64,000 nt of DNA, taken from NCBI GenBank assembly GCA_004557245.1, contig SFEL01000014.1:2093-66092 (forward strand). Reading direction: 5' to 3'. Made by a program: the position numbers and the translations under genes. Positions within the stretch are counted from its first letter, which is position 1. Every line of letters begins with the position of its first letter. The notes beneath the pieces were generated by a model. That model saw nothing but the letters and a program-made list of their open reading frames with translations. It ran no database searches and was not told the DNA's origin. Positions 1 through 9,235 of this stretch are shown here, in pieces. The stretch comes from Clostridiales bacterium (lineage in GTDB: Bacteria > Bacillota > Clostridia > Christensenellales > CAG-138).

Positions 1-50
1 TTGTGCTATAATATTTTAGGTGATCTTAAGCATTTGGGAGATGCGGGCAG

Positions 51-1712
51 ATGAAAAGAAGCCGAGGCTTATCAAACATAAAAACCATACTGAAAAATGC
101 ATTCAGGCGGCTGGGCCTGTGGCTGCGGCGTTTCAGCAAGCGCGGCGGCATAGGCGGAGCCATAGGAAGGCTGGTGCTGGGCGTAAAGCGCCGCGACAAG
201 CGCACCATAACGTCGCTATGCGCATTTCTGGGTTGTCTCGTGCTGCTCATAGCAGGCATATCCGTAATATCCAACAACAGGCCTCAGCCCAGCATGCAGG
301 GCGTAATAACCTCCTCCGCCGGCATAGTCGACCTTACCGGCGACTATGAGAATGTTCAGGCTGACAGGGAAGCTAAGGAGCTGGCGGCCGGGCCTACCCC
401 GAAGCCGCTGTATTTCCAGCAGGGCTTTGAGGACGAGAACATAGCCGAGATACAGCAGAGGCTGATGGATCTTGGCTATATGGACAACGACGAGCCTACT
501 AACTACTACGGCCCCAACACAAAAGAGGCAGTGGAGATATTCCAGCGTCGGCACGGCGTTACGGTCACAGGCGTGGTGGACAGGGCCACATATGAGAAGC
601 TGTTCTCTGACGACGCGCTGACATACATGGCGGATCTCGGCATAAGCGGCTCCGACGTGGAGGATATACAGTCGAGACTTCGCGAGCTGGATTATTTGGA
701 TAAGGTCACAGGCTATTTCGGCGAGGAAACCGAGAAGGCGGTGATAGAGTTCCAGAAAAACAACCGTCTGGACGTGGATGGCAAGGTGGGCACACAGACC
801 CGCGAAATGCTATACAGCGAGGACGCGGTGCCAAAGAGCCTGAAGTACGGCGAAAAGAGCGACGACGTGCTGCGCTATCAGAAGCGGCTCAACAAGCTGG
901 GATACCTTTCCAGCACCCCTGACGGTACATTTGGAAAGGACACCGTGAACGCGGTCAAGAGCTTCCAGCGGCAGAACGGCCTTACGGTGGACGGCTACAT
1001 AGGCCCCTCCACTAAGGAGCTGCTGATGAGCAAGAACGCCAAGGCCAGCGTAATATCATTGGGCGAGACGAGCAGCAACGTAACAAAAATTCAGAAGCGG
1101 CTAAAGGAGCTTGGTTACCTCAAGAGCAGCGCCACGGGATACTTCGGAACCACAACCGAGTCTGCCGTATCGGCCTTCCAGAAGCGCAATAGTCTCAGCG
1201 CCGACGGCAAGGTAGGCAAGGGCACCATGGCCGCGCTGTTCTCCAGCAAGGCGAAGAAGGCGCCCAGCAACTATAAGCCCTCGTCGGGCGGCTCATCGTC
1301 GGGAAGTAGCTCCTCCGGAGGCGGCACCGGCGCGCTTACCGGCACCATGGGCAGCGTGGACAGGTTCATTTCCGCGGCCCAGAGCAGGATTGGCTGCCGG
1401 TACTCAAAGGGCAGCAAGGGACCGGATAAGTTCGACTGCTCAGGCTTCGTATACTGGTGCCTGAGAGAGGCGGGAGTGAACCAGAAGTATCTCACCTCCT
1501 CCGGCTGGCGCAGCGTGTCGGGCTATACAAAAGTCAGCTCACTTTCCAGCCTGCAAAGGGGCGACATAATCGTCTTCCGCGGCCACGTGGGAATAGCCAT
1601 GGGCGACGGCACCATGATAGACGCCTCCAGCGGTAACGGCAGGGTAATACACAGGAGCTGCATGGGCGACTGGTCCAAGCGCAACTTCATCTGCGCGTGG
1701 AGGATATTCTGA
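51..1712 (+). CDS. Membrane-anchored peptidoglycan hydrolase: N-terminal TM anchor, four PG_binding_1-type repeats, Ser/Gly linker, C-terminal NlpC/P60 cysteine peptidase
   Basis: Four repeats of the pattern xxIQxRLxxLGYL...G.FG..T..AV..FQ. The C-terminus has DCSGFVYWC (catalytic Cys) and GHVGIAMGDG (His), as in NlpC/P60. Confidence 0.85.
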   Translation: MKRSRGLSNIKTILKNAFRRLGLWLRRFSKRGGIGGAIGRLVLGVKRRDKRTITSLCAFLGCLVLLIAGISVISNNRPQPSMQGVITSSAGIVDLTGDYENVQADREAKELAAGPTPKPLYFQQGFEDENIAEIQQRLMDLGYMDNDEPTNYYGPNTKEAVEIFQRRHGVTVTGVVDRATYEKLFSDDALTYMADLGISGSDVEDIQSRLRELDYLDKVTGYFGEETEKAVIEFQKNNRLDVDGKVGTQTREMLYSEDAVPKSLKYGEKSDDVLRYQKRLNKLGYLSSTPDGTFGKDTVNAVKSFQRQNGLTVDGYIGPSTKELLMSKNAKASVISLGETSSNVTKIQKRLKELGYLKSSATGYFGTTTESAVSAFQKRNSLSADGKVGKGTMAALFSSKAKKAPSNYKPSSGGSSSGSSSSGGGTGALTGTMGSVDRFISAAQSRIGCRYSKGSKGPDKFDCSGFVYWCLREAGVNQKYLTSSGWRSVSGYTKVSSLSSLQRGDIIVFRGHVGIAMGDGTMIDASSGNGRVIHRSCMGDWSKRNFICAWRIF

Positions 1713-1722
1713 TAACGGACAT

Positions 1723-1750
1723 AAAAAAAGTGGCGTTCAGCCACTTTTTT
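1723..1750. terminator. Bidirectional intrinsic terminator between convergent genes (AAAAAAAGTGGCGTTCAGCCACTTTTTTT)
   Basis: Perfect GTGGC/GCCAC hairpin flanked by an A-run and a T-run. The same hairpin forms the 3' module of the repeat family described in findings. Confidence 0.7.
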
Positions 1751-1762
1751 TGATATCCGTCT

Positions 1763-3601
1763 TTATTCCACCGTTACCGATTTGGCAAGGTTCCTTGGCT
1801 TGTCGATATCGCAGCCCTTGAGCAGAGCCACGTAATAGGCGAAGAGCTGTAGGGGCAGTATGGCCAGCGATGGCAAAACGAAGGGATCGGTCTTGGGTAT
1901 CCACATGACCTGATCGGCGGTTTCCTCTACGCCGGGAGTGCCCTCGGTGGCAAGCGCCAGCACTACTGCGCCCCGGGCCTTTACCTCGCGCATGTTGCTT
2001 ATCATCTTTTCGGTCAGGGGACTGTAGGTGCAGAGGGCCACTACCAGCGAGCCGGGCTCTATCAGGGAGATAGTGCCGTGCTTCAGCTCTCCCGCAGGAT
2101 ACGCCTCGGAGAATATGTAGGATATCTCCTTGAGCTTGAGGGAGCCTTCCAGAGCCAGAGCGTGGTCTATGTTGCGGCCTATGAAGTATATGTTGCGGCA
2201 GCTGAAATGGAGGGATGCGAGGTACTTGATATAGTCTGACTTTTCGAGAAGGCTGCGCATCAGGCCGGGCAGCTCCTCTATGGCGTTCAGAAAGTCCTTA
2301 AGCTCGCTGTCGCTTACCATATGGCGGCAATGTCCCATGTACAGGGCAAGCAGATAGCATACGGAAAGCTGTGCGCTGTAAGCCTTGGTGGTGGCCACGG
2401 CTATCTCGGGGCCGGCCCAGGTATATATGACATCCTCGCTCTCGTTGGCGATGGTGCTGCCCACTACGTTTACTATGGACAGTACGTGGGCGCCCCGGGA
2501 CTTTGCTTCGCGCAGGGCAAAAAGTGTATCTATAGTCTCGCCGGACTGGCTTATGACTATGGCTATGGTCCTGTCAGTCACTATGGGATTGGAATAGCGA
2601 AACTCCGATGCCAGCTCCACCGTGACGGGTATGCGGGTGTAACGCTCGATGTAGTGCTTCGCCACCTGGCCTACGTAGCTTGCGGAGCCGCAGGCAACTA
2701 TGAATATCCTGTCGCAGGCCATTATGTCGTCGGGGGATATGTGGGAAAGACCCAGGTCTATTCTGCCGTCCCTCACACGGGGGCGGACGGTGCTGCGTAT
2801 CACATCCGGCTGCTCCATTATCTCCTTGAGCATGAAGTGGGGGTAGCCGCCCTTTTCAGCGGCGTCAGCGTCCCATTGGATATGCTCTATGTTTTTGTGC
2901 AGCTCCTCGCCGTAGCGGTTGTATATCTTCACGCTGCCGGCAGTAAGCACAGCCATGTCGTATTCGTCAAGGCGTATCACCTGGCGGGTGTGCTTGAGTA
3001 TTGCAGGCACGTCTGAGGCGATAAAGTTTTCGCCTTTGCCCACGCCGACTATAAGCGGGCTGTCCTTGCGTACGGCGTAAAGGGTATCCGGGTGATCGGC
3101 AAAGATTATGCCCAGGGCGAACGCACCGGAGATGAGGCTAAGGGCCTCCCGTATGGCGGCCTCGGGACCGTCCTCGCGGTTGCTCCTGTAAAGGTGCTCC
3201 ACAAGGTTTGCGGCTATCTCCGTATCCGTCTCGGACATGAAGGAATAGCCCTGCTCGGTAAGAAAATCACGGAGCTCGATGTAGTTTTCCACTATGCCGT
3301 TGTGAACCAGAGCCACCTCGCCGTGCTGACTCAGATGGGGGTGGGCGTTTACGTCGTTGGGCTCCCCGTGGGTTGCCCAGCGGGTATGGCCTATGCCGAG
3401 GCAGCCGGGCAGGGCTCTGCCGCAGTCCGTCATTTCCTCCAGCACGCTCAGCCTGCCCTTGGCCTTCACGACGCCAAGCTTATTGCCGTCCGCAATAGCT
3501 ATGCCTGAGGAGTCATAGCCGCGGTATTCCAGCTTTTCGAGGGCCTCCAGTATGAGGGGCGCGGCCTGCTTGGGGCCGATGTAGCCTACTATTCCACACA
3601 T
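1763..3601 (-). CDS. glmS: Glutamine--fructose-6-phosphate aminotransferase (isomerizing)
   Basis: Starts MCGIVGY (N-terminal nucleophile Cys). 612 aa with two SIS domains and the C-terminal KSVTVE motif. Confidence 0.97.
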   Translation of the reverse strand: MCGIVGYIGPKQAAPLILEALEKLEYRGYDSSGIAIADGNKLGVVKAKGRLSVLEEMTDCGRALPGCLGIGHTRWATHGEPNDVNAHPHLSQHGEVALVHNGIVENYIELRDFLTEQGYSFMSETDTEIAANLVEHLYRSNREDGPEAAIREALSLISGAFALGIIFADHPDTLYAVRKDSPLIVGVGKGENFIASDVPAILKHTRQVIRLDEYDMAVLTAGSVKIYNRYGEELHKNIEHIQWDADAAEKGGYPHFMLKEIMEQPDVIRSTVRPRVRDGRIDLGLSHISPDDIMACDRIFIVACGSASYVGQVAKHYIERYTRIPVTVELASEFRYSNPIVTDRTIAIVISQSGETIDTLFALREAKSRGAHVLSIVNVVGSTIANESEDVIYTWAGPEIAVATTKAYSAQLSVCYLLALYMGHCRHMVSDSELKDFLNAIEELPGLMRSLLEKSDYIKYLASLHFSCRNIYFIGRNIDHALALEGSLKLKEISYIFSEAYPAGELKHGTISLIEPGSLVVALCTYSPLTEKMISNMREVKARGAVVLALATEGTPGVEETADQVMWIPKTDPFVLPSLAILPLQLFAYYVALLKGCDIDKPRNLAKSVTVE

Positions 3602-3627
3602 TGATAAACTGTTTCTCCTTTAATGAA

Positions 3628-4548
3628 TTAGTCCCAGAGCTTTTCGGAGTATGTGCCCTGCGCCTTGATTTTTGCTATGTTTTCCATAACTGCGGGCTTA
3701 TCCTCTTTGTATGTCACGCCGAACCATCGGTCGGGGCTTTCCTCGACCTTTACCCGCACCCTGCCCTCAGACATAAGGGCCTGTACGGCGTTGGGCAGCA
3801 GGTCCTCATATTTGGCGGGGTTCTCCTTTATGCCCGCTTCGAAATTTGCTTTGAATACATCCTCCAGCATGGGAAGGATATCCGGCTTGAAGCCCCAGCA
3901 GTTCATGGAGACGGGGGTGCCCTCCGGAAGCTCGATGAAGGTTTTGCCGTCGTCCTCTGTAAAAGCGCCGCCGTGCTCCCGCTTGAATATCCTGCGCCGC
4001 TCCACTATGTGGGTGAGGAAGCCTTCATCGTCCACCTCGCATATGCCCCGGGCTACGCTGCCGTTTTCGGTGAGGGTATTTTCCAGCTTATAGCCTATCA
4101 TCAGCTGCTCGTCTGAGGGCGTATCTCCGGCGAGGAATTCGTAAAGCTGCTTATAAGCGGCAGGGCCATAGTAGTCGTCGGAATTAATGACGGCGAAGGG
4201 TCTGCCGCCGATCTCGTCTCTTGCACAGAGCAGGGCATGGGTGGTGCCGAGGGGCTTTGTGCGGCCCTCTGGAGCCTTCAGGCCATGGGGAAGCTTATTC
4301 ATCTCCTGGAACGCGCACTTGACGTTGGCGCGCTGGGATATCCTGCTGCCGATGGCATCCATGAAGTCCTGCTCAATCTCATGCTTGATTATGAACACAA
4401 GGTCGTGGAAGCCGGCGCGTATTGCGTCGTAGATTGAAAAGTCGATTATCAGGTTACCCGCGGCATCGATGGGGTCGATCTGTTTTAGCCCGCCGTAGCG
4501 GCTGCCCATGCCAGCGGCAAGCAATACGAGTACAGGCTGTTTTTTCAT
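3628..4548 (-). CDS. Sugar-phosphate nucleotidyltransferase family protein (NTP_transferase fold)
   Basis: N-terminal LAAGMGSRYGGLKQ glycine-rich nucleotide-binding loop. Located 26 nt upstream of glmS, so probably co-transcribed with it. Confidence 0.7.
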   Translation of the reverse strand: MKKQPVLVLLAAGMGSRYGGLKQIDPIDAAGNLIIDFSIYDAIRAGFHDLVFIIKHEIEQDFMDAIGSRISQRANVKCAFQEMNKLPHGLKAPEGRTKPLGTTHALLCARDEIGGRPFAVINSDDYYGPAAYKQLYEFLAGDTPSDEQLMIGYKLENTLTENGSVARGICEVDDEGFLTHIVERRRIFKREHGGAFTEDDGKTFIELPEGTPVSMNCWGFKPDILPMLEDVFKANFEAGIKENPAKYEDLLPNAVQALMSEGRVRVKVEESPDRWFGVTYKEDKPAVMENIAKIKAQGTYSEKLWD

Positions 4549-4607
4549 TTGAAATGTTCACCTCCGTATGCTTAGTTTTTTGCTTTGCTACATATTGGAA
4601 ATATGCA

Positions 4608-6365
4608 TTAATGCAGGTGTATCTCCCGCCCGAAGGAGCGGGGCGCTGCGTATTTTTTGACTATATCGGTTATGGTGCTTTCGCTCATGCCCGGAACATG
4701 CTTCATGGCGGGAAGCAGCCGCTTCATGGAGTTGTCGTCCACAAGGCCAACCAGCTCCAGGAGCATCTTGGTGGCTCCTTCGGCTGTGGGCGTCTCGTCG
4801 AACACCGCCTCTATGCTTTCGTTGAGTATGCGAAGCTCAATTATACGGGTATCCGGCGTTTCGAGGAAGCTGGTGAACAGAGTAATGCAGGCTTCGTTTT
4901 CACCTGCGGACCATATTCCACGGGTGGAGACCAGATGCTGCTCCTCCTTCATTATAAAGACGGAATCCGTAAAACCTCCGTCCATATCTATGTATACCGT
5001 ATTGCGCTCGCACTGCTCGTAAAATGTGACCGCCAGGCCCTTTTCCGTTGAGCTGAAGCGTATTATGTCCGCACCCTTGCTGTAGCAGCCGTGAACGTTT
5101 TGCAGCGGCTGCGGGAAAAGGGAGCCGTAGTTGTCGAAAAGGCGGAACTCCCTGCCGTCAAGCAAGCTGCGTATCTTATTGAAGGCGATTTTGTCCGTCC
5201 CGAGCCCCTTCCTTTCAGGCTCGGGAGAAAACACCAGCTTGGCGAGATACGCCTTCAGGCTGTCATAGCCTGGAGGGTAAGGCGCGAGCTCCCTGTCGGA
5301 GCAGGCCCAGAAGCAGGAATCAAGCAGCTGCATTAGGGACGTCTTGGCGAAGAGCTGTGTGCTGCCGGAGTATATTATAGCCACAGCATCGTACTGTGGG
5401 AATATTACCGCATACTGGCCGAAAGCGCCGTTGAACTGGTAAGCCCCGCCGCCGCTCATCCATATCTGGTAGCCGTAGCCGTGCCTCATTTCGCCGTTTG
5501 GAGTGGGTATCTGGGGCGAGGTAGCGGCGTCTATCCACTCTTCGGAGAGGAGCCGCCGTCCATTCCATACCCCCCTGTTTAAATACAGCTGGGCTATCTT
5601 GGCAAGGTCTTCTATGCAGAGGTTCAGCCCCCAGCCTCCCTTTTCCATGCCCTTGGGGCATGTCTCCCAGTGGTGGCTGCGTATGTCCAGCGGCTCATAC
5701 AGCCTGGGGGTGAGGAATTCGGTAAGGCTCATGCCCGCCTTTTTTCTCAGTACGGCGGAGAGCATATAGGTATTGAGCGAATTGTATTCAAACTGGGTGC
5801 CCGGCTCGAACTTGGGTACGGATTCCATGAACATCTTTACCCAGTCCTCGTCCAGAGCGCTGCCCACCTCGTTGAAGCGGACCCCTGTGCTCATGGTGAG
5901 GAGGTGCCGTACCGTCAGCATTTTCGACCACTTGTTTGCGGGCTTGCCGGCATAGCCGGGGAATATGTCCTCCAGGCGCTCGTCTATATCCATGAGCCCC
6001 TCGTCCACAGCCATACCTATGGCGGTAGAGGTGACGCTCTTGCTGGCAGAGTACAGCATATGGGGGATCTCCGGCCGATACGGGGCGTAATACCCCTCGG
6101 CGAAGACCTTGCCGTGGCGCAGCAGCATTGCGGAATGTATGCCCAGCTCGGCGGTATTATCGGAAAGGCTCCTGAAGAACCGCTCCACTACCGTGCTGGA
6201 AAGGCCCGCCTCCTCAGGGGTGCAGCGAGGCAGGGATTCCCTTGCGGACAGAAGGGGAAGGCTCCCCATCTGACGCGTGTAGCCGTAGGCGGGTATGCCC
6301 TCCATGTCCCTTTTAAGCATTTTGATGAGCAGCTCAAGGCTGCGCATCTGAATGGTAATGTCCAT
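4608..6365 (-). CDS. Serine hydrolase, beta-lactamase/PBP4*-like family
   Basis: S-x-x-K active-site motif (YSASKSVTS) and overall beta-lactamase-related architecture. 585 aa with an extra C-terminal domain. Confidence 0.8.
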   Translation of the reverse strand: MDITIQMRSLELLIKMLKRDMEGIPAYGYTRQMGSLPLLSARESLPRCTPEEAGLSSTVVERFFRSLSDNTAELGIHSAMLLRHGKVFAEGYYAPYRPEIPHMLYSASKSVTSTAIGMAVDEGLMDIDERLEDIFPGYAGKPANKWSKMLTVRHLLTMSTGVRFNEVGSALDEDWVKMFMESVPKFEPGTQFEYNSLNTYMLSAVLRKKAGMSLTEFLTPRLYEPLDIRSHHWETCPKGMEKGGWGLNLCIEDLAKIAQLYLNRGVWNGRRLLSEEWIDAATSPQIPTPNGEMRHGYGYQIWMSGGGAYQFNGAFGQYAVIFPQYDAVAIIYSGSTQLFAKTSLMQLLDSCFWACSDRELAPYPPGYDSLKAYLAKLVFSPEPERKGLGTDKIAFNKIRSLLDGREFRLFDNYGSLFPQPLQNVHGCYSKGADIIRFSSTEKGLAVTFYEQCERNTVYIDMDGGFTDSVFIMKEEQHLVSTRGIWSAGENEACITLFTSFLETPDTRIIELRILNESIEAVFDETPTAEGATKMLLELVGLVDDNSMKRLLPAMKHVPGMSESTITDIVKKYAAPRSFGREIHLH

Positions 6366-6431
6366 TTTTCCTCCGGGTATTGAGCCTTGACAGGCTTATT
6401 CCTGAAGTATTTTATGGTGCTTGGCTTCCCC

Positions 6432-7172
6432 TTATACCGCAGGATCGGGATTGGGTTCCCTTGCCATGGGGATATTGCGTCCGGTGCGGTCAACGTAGAA
6501 GGCGGCGTTGGCGGCGTAGATATAGGGACTCAGCCAAAGGTCGCCTATGCCGCAGGTCAGGGCGCTCAGTATGGCCCAGCCTATGAAGGACAGGTTAAGA
6601 CAGAACAGCCGCCACTTGTGGCCCGCCATAAGCTCCTTGCTCATGTTTACCGCCTCGCGAATGCCAAGGTTGGGATTTTCCGCCATAAGATAGGGGGCAA
6701 GGCAGTAGCGGTAGCCGGCTATGATGCCGGGCACGATAAACAGCAAAGTCCACAGCCATATGAACAGCGCCATAAAGAGATTGAGCCCTAAGGCCTTGAA
6801 GAATATATCGAACCGGGAGAATATGACGGATACTTCACCCTGACGGTTCTCAGCCACAAGGTCTATGTAATACTTGTTAAGGCCCATTTCCAGCGCCCCT
6901 GAGAACAGCAGCACGACTATGCTCAGCACAAGGGCTATAAGTGACCCAAAGAGACTTGTCCCTGTATCCGCCGCCGCGAAACCGGCAAAGAAATCGTTAT
7001 AATTGCCGGCGAAGAGCATATCAAAGTCCATATGGCCCATATTTTTTGCAAGGTTGTATATGCTGCTTATGCCGCATATGAGGCTGACTATAAAGGTTAC
7101 CAAAACAGATCTGCCCCAGTGGCCCCTGAGCTTATCCCGGGCTATACGGCGAAATTCGCTTGCAGTAAACAT
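6432..7172 (-). CDS. DUF975 family integral membrane protein
   Basis: The N-terminus FRRIARDKLRGHWGRSVLVTFI and the multi-TM pattern are typical of DUF975. Confidence 0.75.
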   Translation of the reverse strand: MFTASEFRRIARDKLRGHWGRSVLVTFIVSLICGISSIYNLAKNMGHMDFDMLFAGNYNDFFAGFAAADTGTSLFGSLIALVLSIVVLLFSGALEMGLNKYYIDLVAENRQGEVSVIFSRFDIFFKALGLNLFMALFIWLWTLLFIVPGIIAGYRYCLAPYLMAENPNLGIREAVNMSKELMAGHKWRLFCLNLSFIGWAILSALTCGIGDLWLSPYIYAANAAFYVDRTGRNIPMAREPNPDPAV

Positions 7173-7299
7173 AACAAGAAAACCTCCTGAAATTAAATAA
7201 AAAATTGAGTAAAATCAAAAGCGGGGGCGGGTGCCGCGCAGGAGTTACGCAAAAGAGCGGCAGCCGGCGCCCCCCCGTAAAGCCAAGTTTGCCTAAGTA

Positions 7300-7602
7300 T
7301 CAGTCGTCTATCCTGCAGCCGGAGCAGCCCTCGCAGCTCTCCGCATCGCAGTCCAAGCGGGCATCAACTATCTTGGAGAGGATATCCATCTTGTCCTCGT
7401 CGGCAGGGAGGAATTCCTCGTATTCGCCGTTTACCTGAATACGGAAGACGAACAGATCCCGTTCATCGTCATCAACTGCTGCAGGGTCTATCATTACGGC
7501 GTACTCCTCGTTCTCATAGTCGAAGTAATCAACTACCTCAAGCTCTATCTCGTTGCCTTCTTCGTCGTTGAATACCACTATATCCTTATCCAGATCTTCC
7601 AT
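7300..7602 (-). CDS. DUF1292 domain protein with Cys-rich C-terminal tail
   Basis: The acidic core DEEGNEIELEVVDYFDYENEEYAVM is typical of DUF1292. The tail is CDAESCEGCSGCRIDD. Confidence 0.75.
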   Translation of the reverse strand: MEDLDKDIVVFNDEEGNEIELEVVDYFDYENEEYAVMIDPAAVDDDERDLFVFRIQVNGEYEEFLPADEDKMDILSKIVDARLDCDAESCEGCSGCRIDD

Positions 7603-7721
7603 ATTAAAAATCTCCTTAAAAAATCTCCATATTACTGGTAAGCATATTTTACCTCATGGCGGCTTTTACCGCAAGCTAATAGAGGGATAATTGACATCGT
7701 GTTTACATTATACAAAAAGAG

Positions 7722-7745
7722 CCGCCTGTTTGCTCAGGCGACCCT
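7722..7745 (-). terminator. Intrinsic terminator on minus strand (CGCCTG-agcaaa-CAGGCG + GCTCTTTTT)
   Basis: The hairpin is followed by a T-run only in the minus-strand sense. It lies about 300 nt downstream of trmO and 120 nt upstream of the DUF1292 start. Confidence 0.6.
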
Positions 7746-7965
7746 GTGAATATGTATATGGAGTTTTATCGGAAAGACCGGGAAGAAAGCTTTGTATAAA
7801 GCCTATGGTTTTCTGTGTGCTGCTATCGCCTCCCCTCTGAGTGGCAACTTATGGGACTTATCGGAGGGGGGACGCCCGGCTTCGGTGAATTTACCGGGTA
7901 GGTATTGTTGCGTGTTGCTGTCATTGGGCTGTTATTGCGCCTCCTTTCCTTGAAGTGATTATATA
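7722..7965 (-). ncRNA. Candidate ~240-nt structured RNA or leader of unidentified class
   Basis: 437-nt gap between minus-strand genes. It has a TGgTATTAT/TATAAT -10-like element near 7957-7966, several internal hairpins (CCCGG..CCGGG; CCCCTC..GAGGGG) and a terminator at 7722-7745. No class could be assigned. Confidence 0.2.
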
Positions 7966-8040
7966 ATACCAGGGAGGTGTGGCGGAAGTTTGGCCCAAAG
8001 TTATACTCTTGTGGCGGTTCTATTAACGGTTTTCGGATTT

Positions 8041-8745
8041 TTATTTAAGCTTCTGTGAACCGGCGGGGGCGACGTCGAATACCGTCAGGGTATCGCCGTC
8101 CACGCTGAAGCGCACGTCAAAGCCGGAAAACTCAAAGCCGTACTGCTCCCCGTCCTGCTGGTATGCGGGCCGGGGGTCCTGGGAAAGGGCGGAAAGCAGC
8201 GCCTCCCGCTTGTCAGCGGGAAGGGCAATAAGCAGCTCCTCAGGAAAGGCCACCTGAAGGTTCTTTTCAAGTTTTTCTCCGGCGAAGCCGTCCCTTGCCT
8301 CCGGGTGGCTGTCGGTAAATGAAAGATACGGCTTTATATCGTATATGGGGGTGCCATCCATAAGATCCGCTCCCTCCACTGTGAGCACATGGCCCAGGCC
8401 GGGACGGTTTTCCACGGATACCAGCTTTACCGAGGACAGCCCTATGGGGTTGGGACGGTAGGGGGAACGGGTGGCAAATACCCCCATGCGGGTATTGCCC
8501 CCAAGGCGGGGAGGCTTTACGGTCGGACGCCAGCCCTGGCGTTCCACCATGGAAAAGCCCCATATGAGCCACAGGTGGGAGTAGCCCTCAATGCCCCGGA
8601 GGGCATTGGCGTCCCGGTATTCAGGCTCAAATACCACGGTGGAAAGCTGTCCGCCCCCCAGGCTGCTCTGCCGGGGTATGCCGAATTTCTGCATAAAGTC
8701 GCTCTTTATGCGGGCTATGACCTTTAATGTGAAGGTGTCGGCCAT
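8041..8745 (-). CDS. trmO: tRNA (N6-threonylcarbamoyladenosine(37)-N6)-methyltransferase TrmO (TsaA/YaeB family)
   Basis: TsaA-like domain with FGIPRQ and GYSHLWLIWGFS motifs, plus the C-terminal small domain. Confidence 0.85.
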   Translation of the reverse strand: MADTFTLKVIARIKSDFMQKFGIPRQSSLGGGQLSTVVFEPEYRDANALRGIEGYSHLWLIWGFSMVERQGWRPTVKPPRLGGNTRMGVFATRSPYRPNPIGLSSVKLVSVENRPGLGHVLTVEGADLMDGTPIYDIKPYLSFTDSHPEARDGFAGEKLEKNLQVAFPEELLIALPADKREALLSALSQDPRPAYQQDGEQYGFEFSGFDVRFSVDGDTLTVFDVAPAGSQKLK

Positions 8746-8748
8746 GGC

Positions 8749-9162
8749 TTACTTTTCAGCCCCGGGAAGCTCTGAGGTGCAGTGGGGGCAGCGGGTAGCC
8801 TCATCGGGTATTACGCTGAGGCAGTAGGGGCACTTGCGGGGCTCCTTCTTTTCCTCGGGCTTTTTTACCATATCGTGCAGCTTGTTCATGGACTTGACAA
8901 GCAGAAAAAGCACGAAGGCTATTATTATAAAGTTCAGCACTGCGGTTATGAATGCGCCGTAGGCTATGGAAGCCCCGCCGATGTTCAGGGTTTTATCGCT
9001 GAAGTTCTGCCCTGCAAGTATGCCTATGACGGGGGAGATTATGTCGTTTACCAGGGAATCCACTATGCCCTTGAACGCGCCGCCTATGATGACGCCCACG
9101 GCAAGGTCCATGACATTGCCGCGCATGGCGAACTCTTTGAATTCAGCAAGAAACTTCTTCAT
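8749..9162 (-). CDS. mscL: Large-conductance mechanosensitive channel MscL with C-terminal zinc-ribbon
   Basis: The [30 protein letters not shown] core is canonical MscL. The start is set at the internal ATG (9162); the ORF-track N-terminal extension has no support. The C-terminus is CPYC-x11-CPHC. Confidence 0.9.
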   Translation of the reverse strand: MKKFLAEFKEFAMRGNVMDLAVGVIIGGAFKGIVDSLVNDIISPVIGILAGQNFSDKTLNIGGASIAYGAFITAVLNFIIIAFVLFLLVKSMNKLHDMVKKPEEKKEPRKCPYCLSVIPDEATRCPHCTSELPGAEK

Positions 9163-9235
9163 ATTAAAAAATGCCCGTCCTTTCCAACAGGAAAAATCTA
9201 CAGGCATTATTATATCACATAAAATCGGCGGACCA

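Noticed and set aside
3602-4607. Looked for a glmS ribozyme upstream of glmS.
   Set aside because: Only 26 nt separate glmS from the upstream nucleotidyltransferase gene, and only 59 nt lie upstream of that gene. There is no room for the ~170-nt ribozyme, and no conserved core was seen.
7722-7965. Tried to assign the structured region to a cobalamin, glycine or lysine riboswitch, to RNase P RNA, or to SRP RNA.
   Set aside because: Only short partial matches were found: GCCACTC..GGGAGGC, CACCGAAG, ACAGAAAACCATAGGCTTTA and GACCGGGAAGAAAGC. The required core motifs and helices are missing, and the downstream gene (DUF1292) fits none of these regulons. It is kept only as an unclassified candidate.
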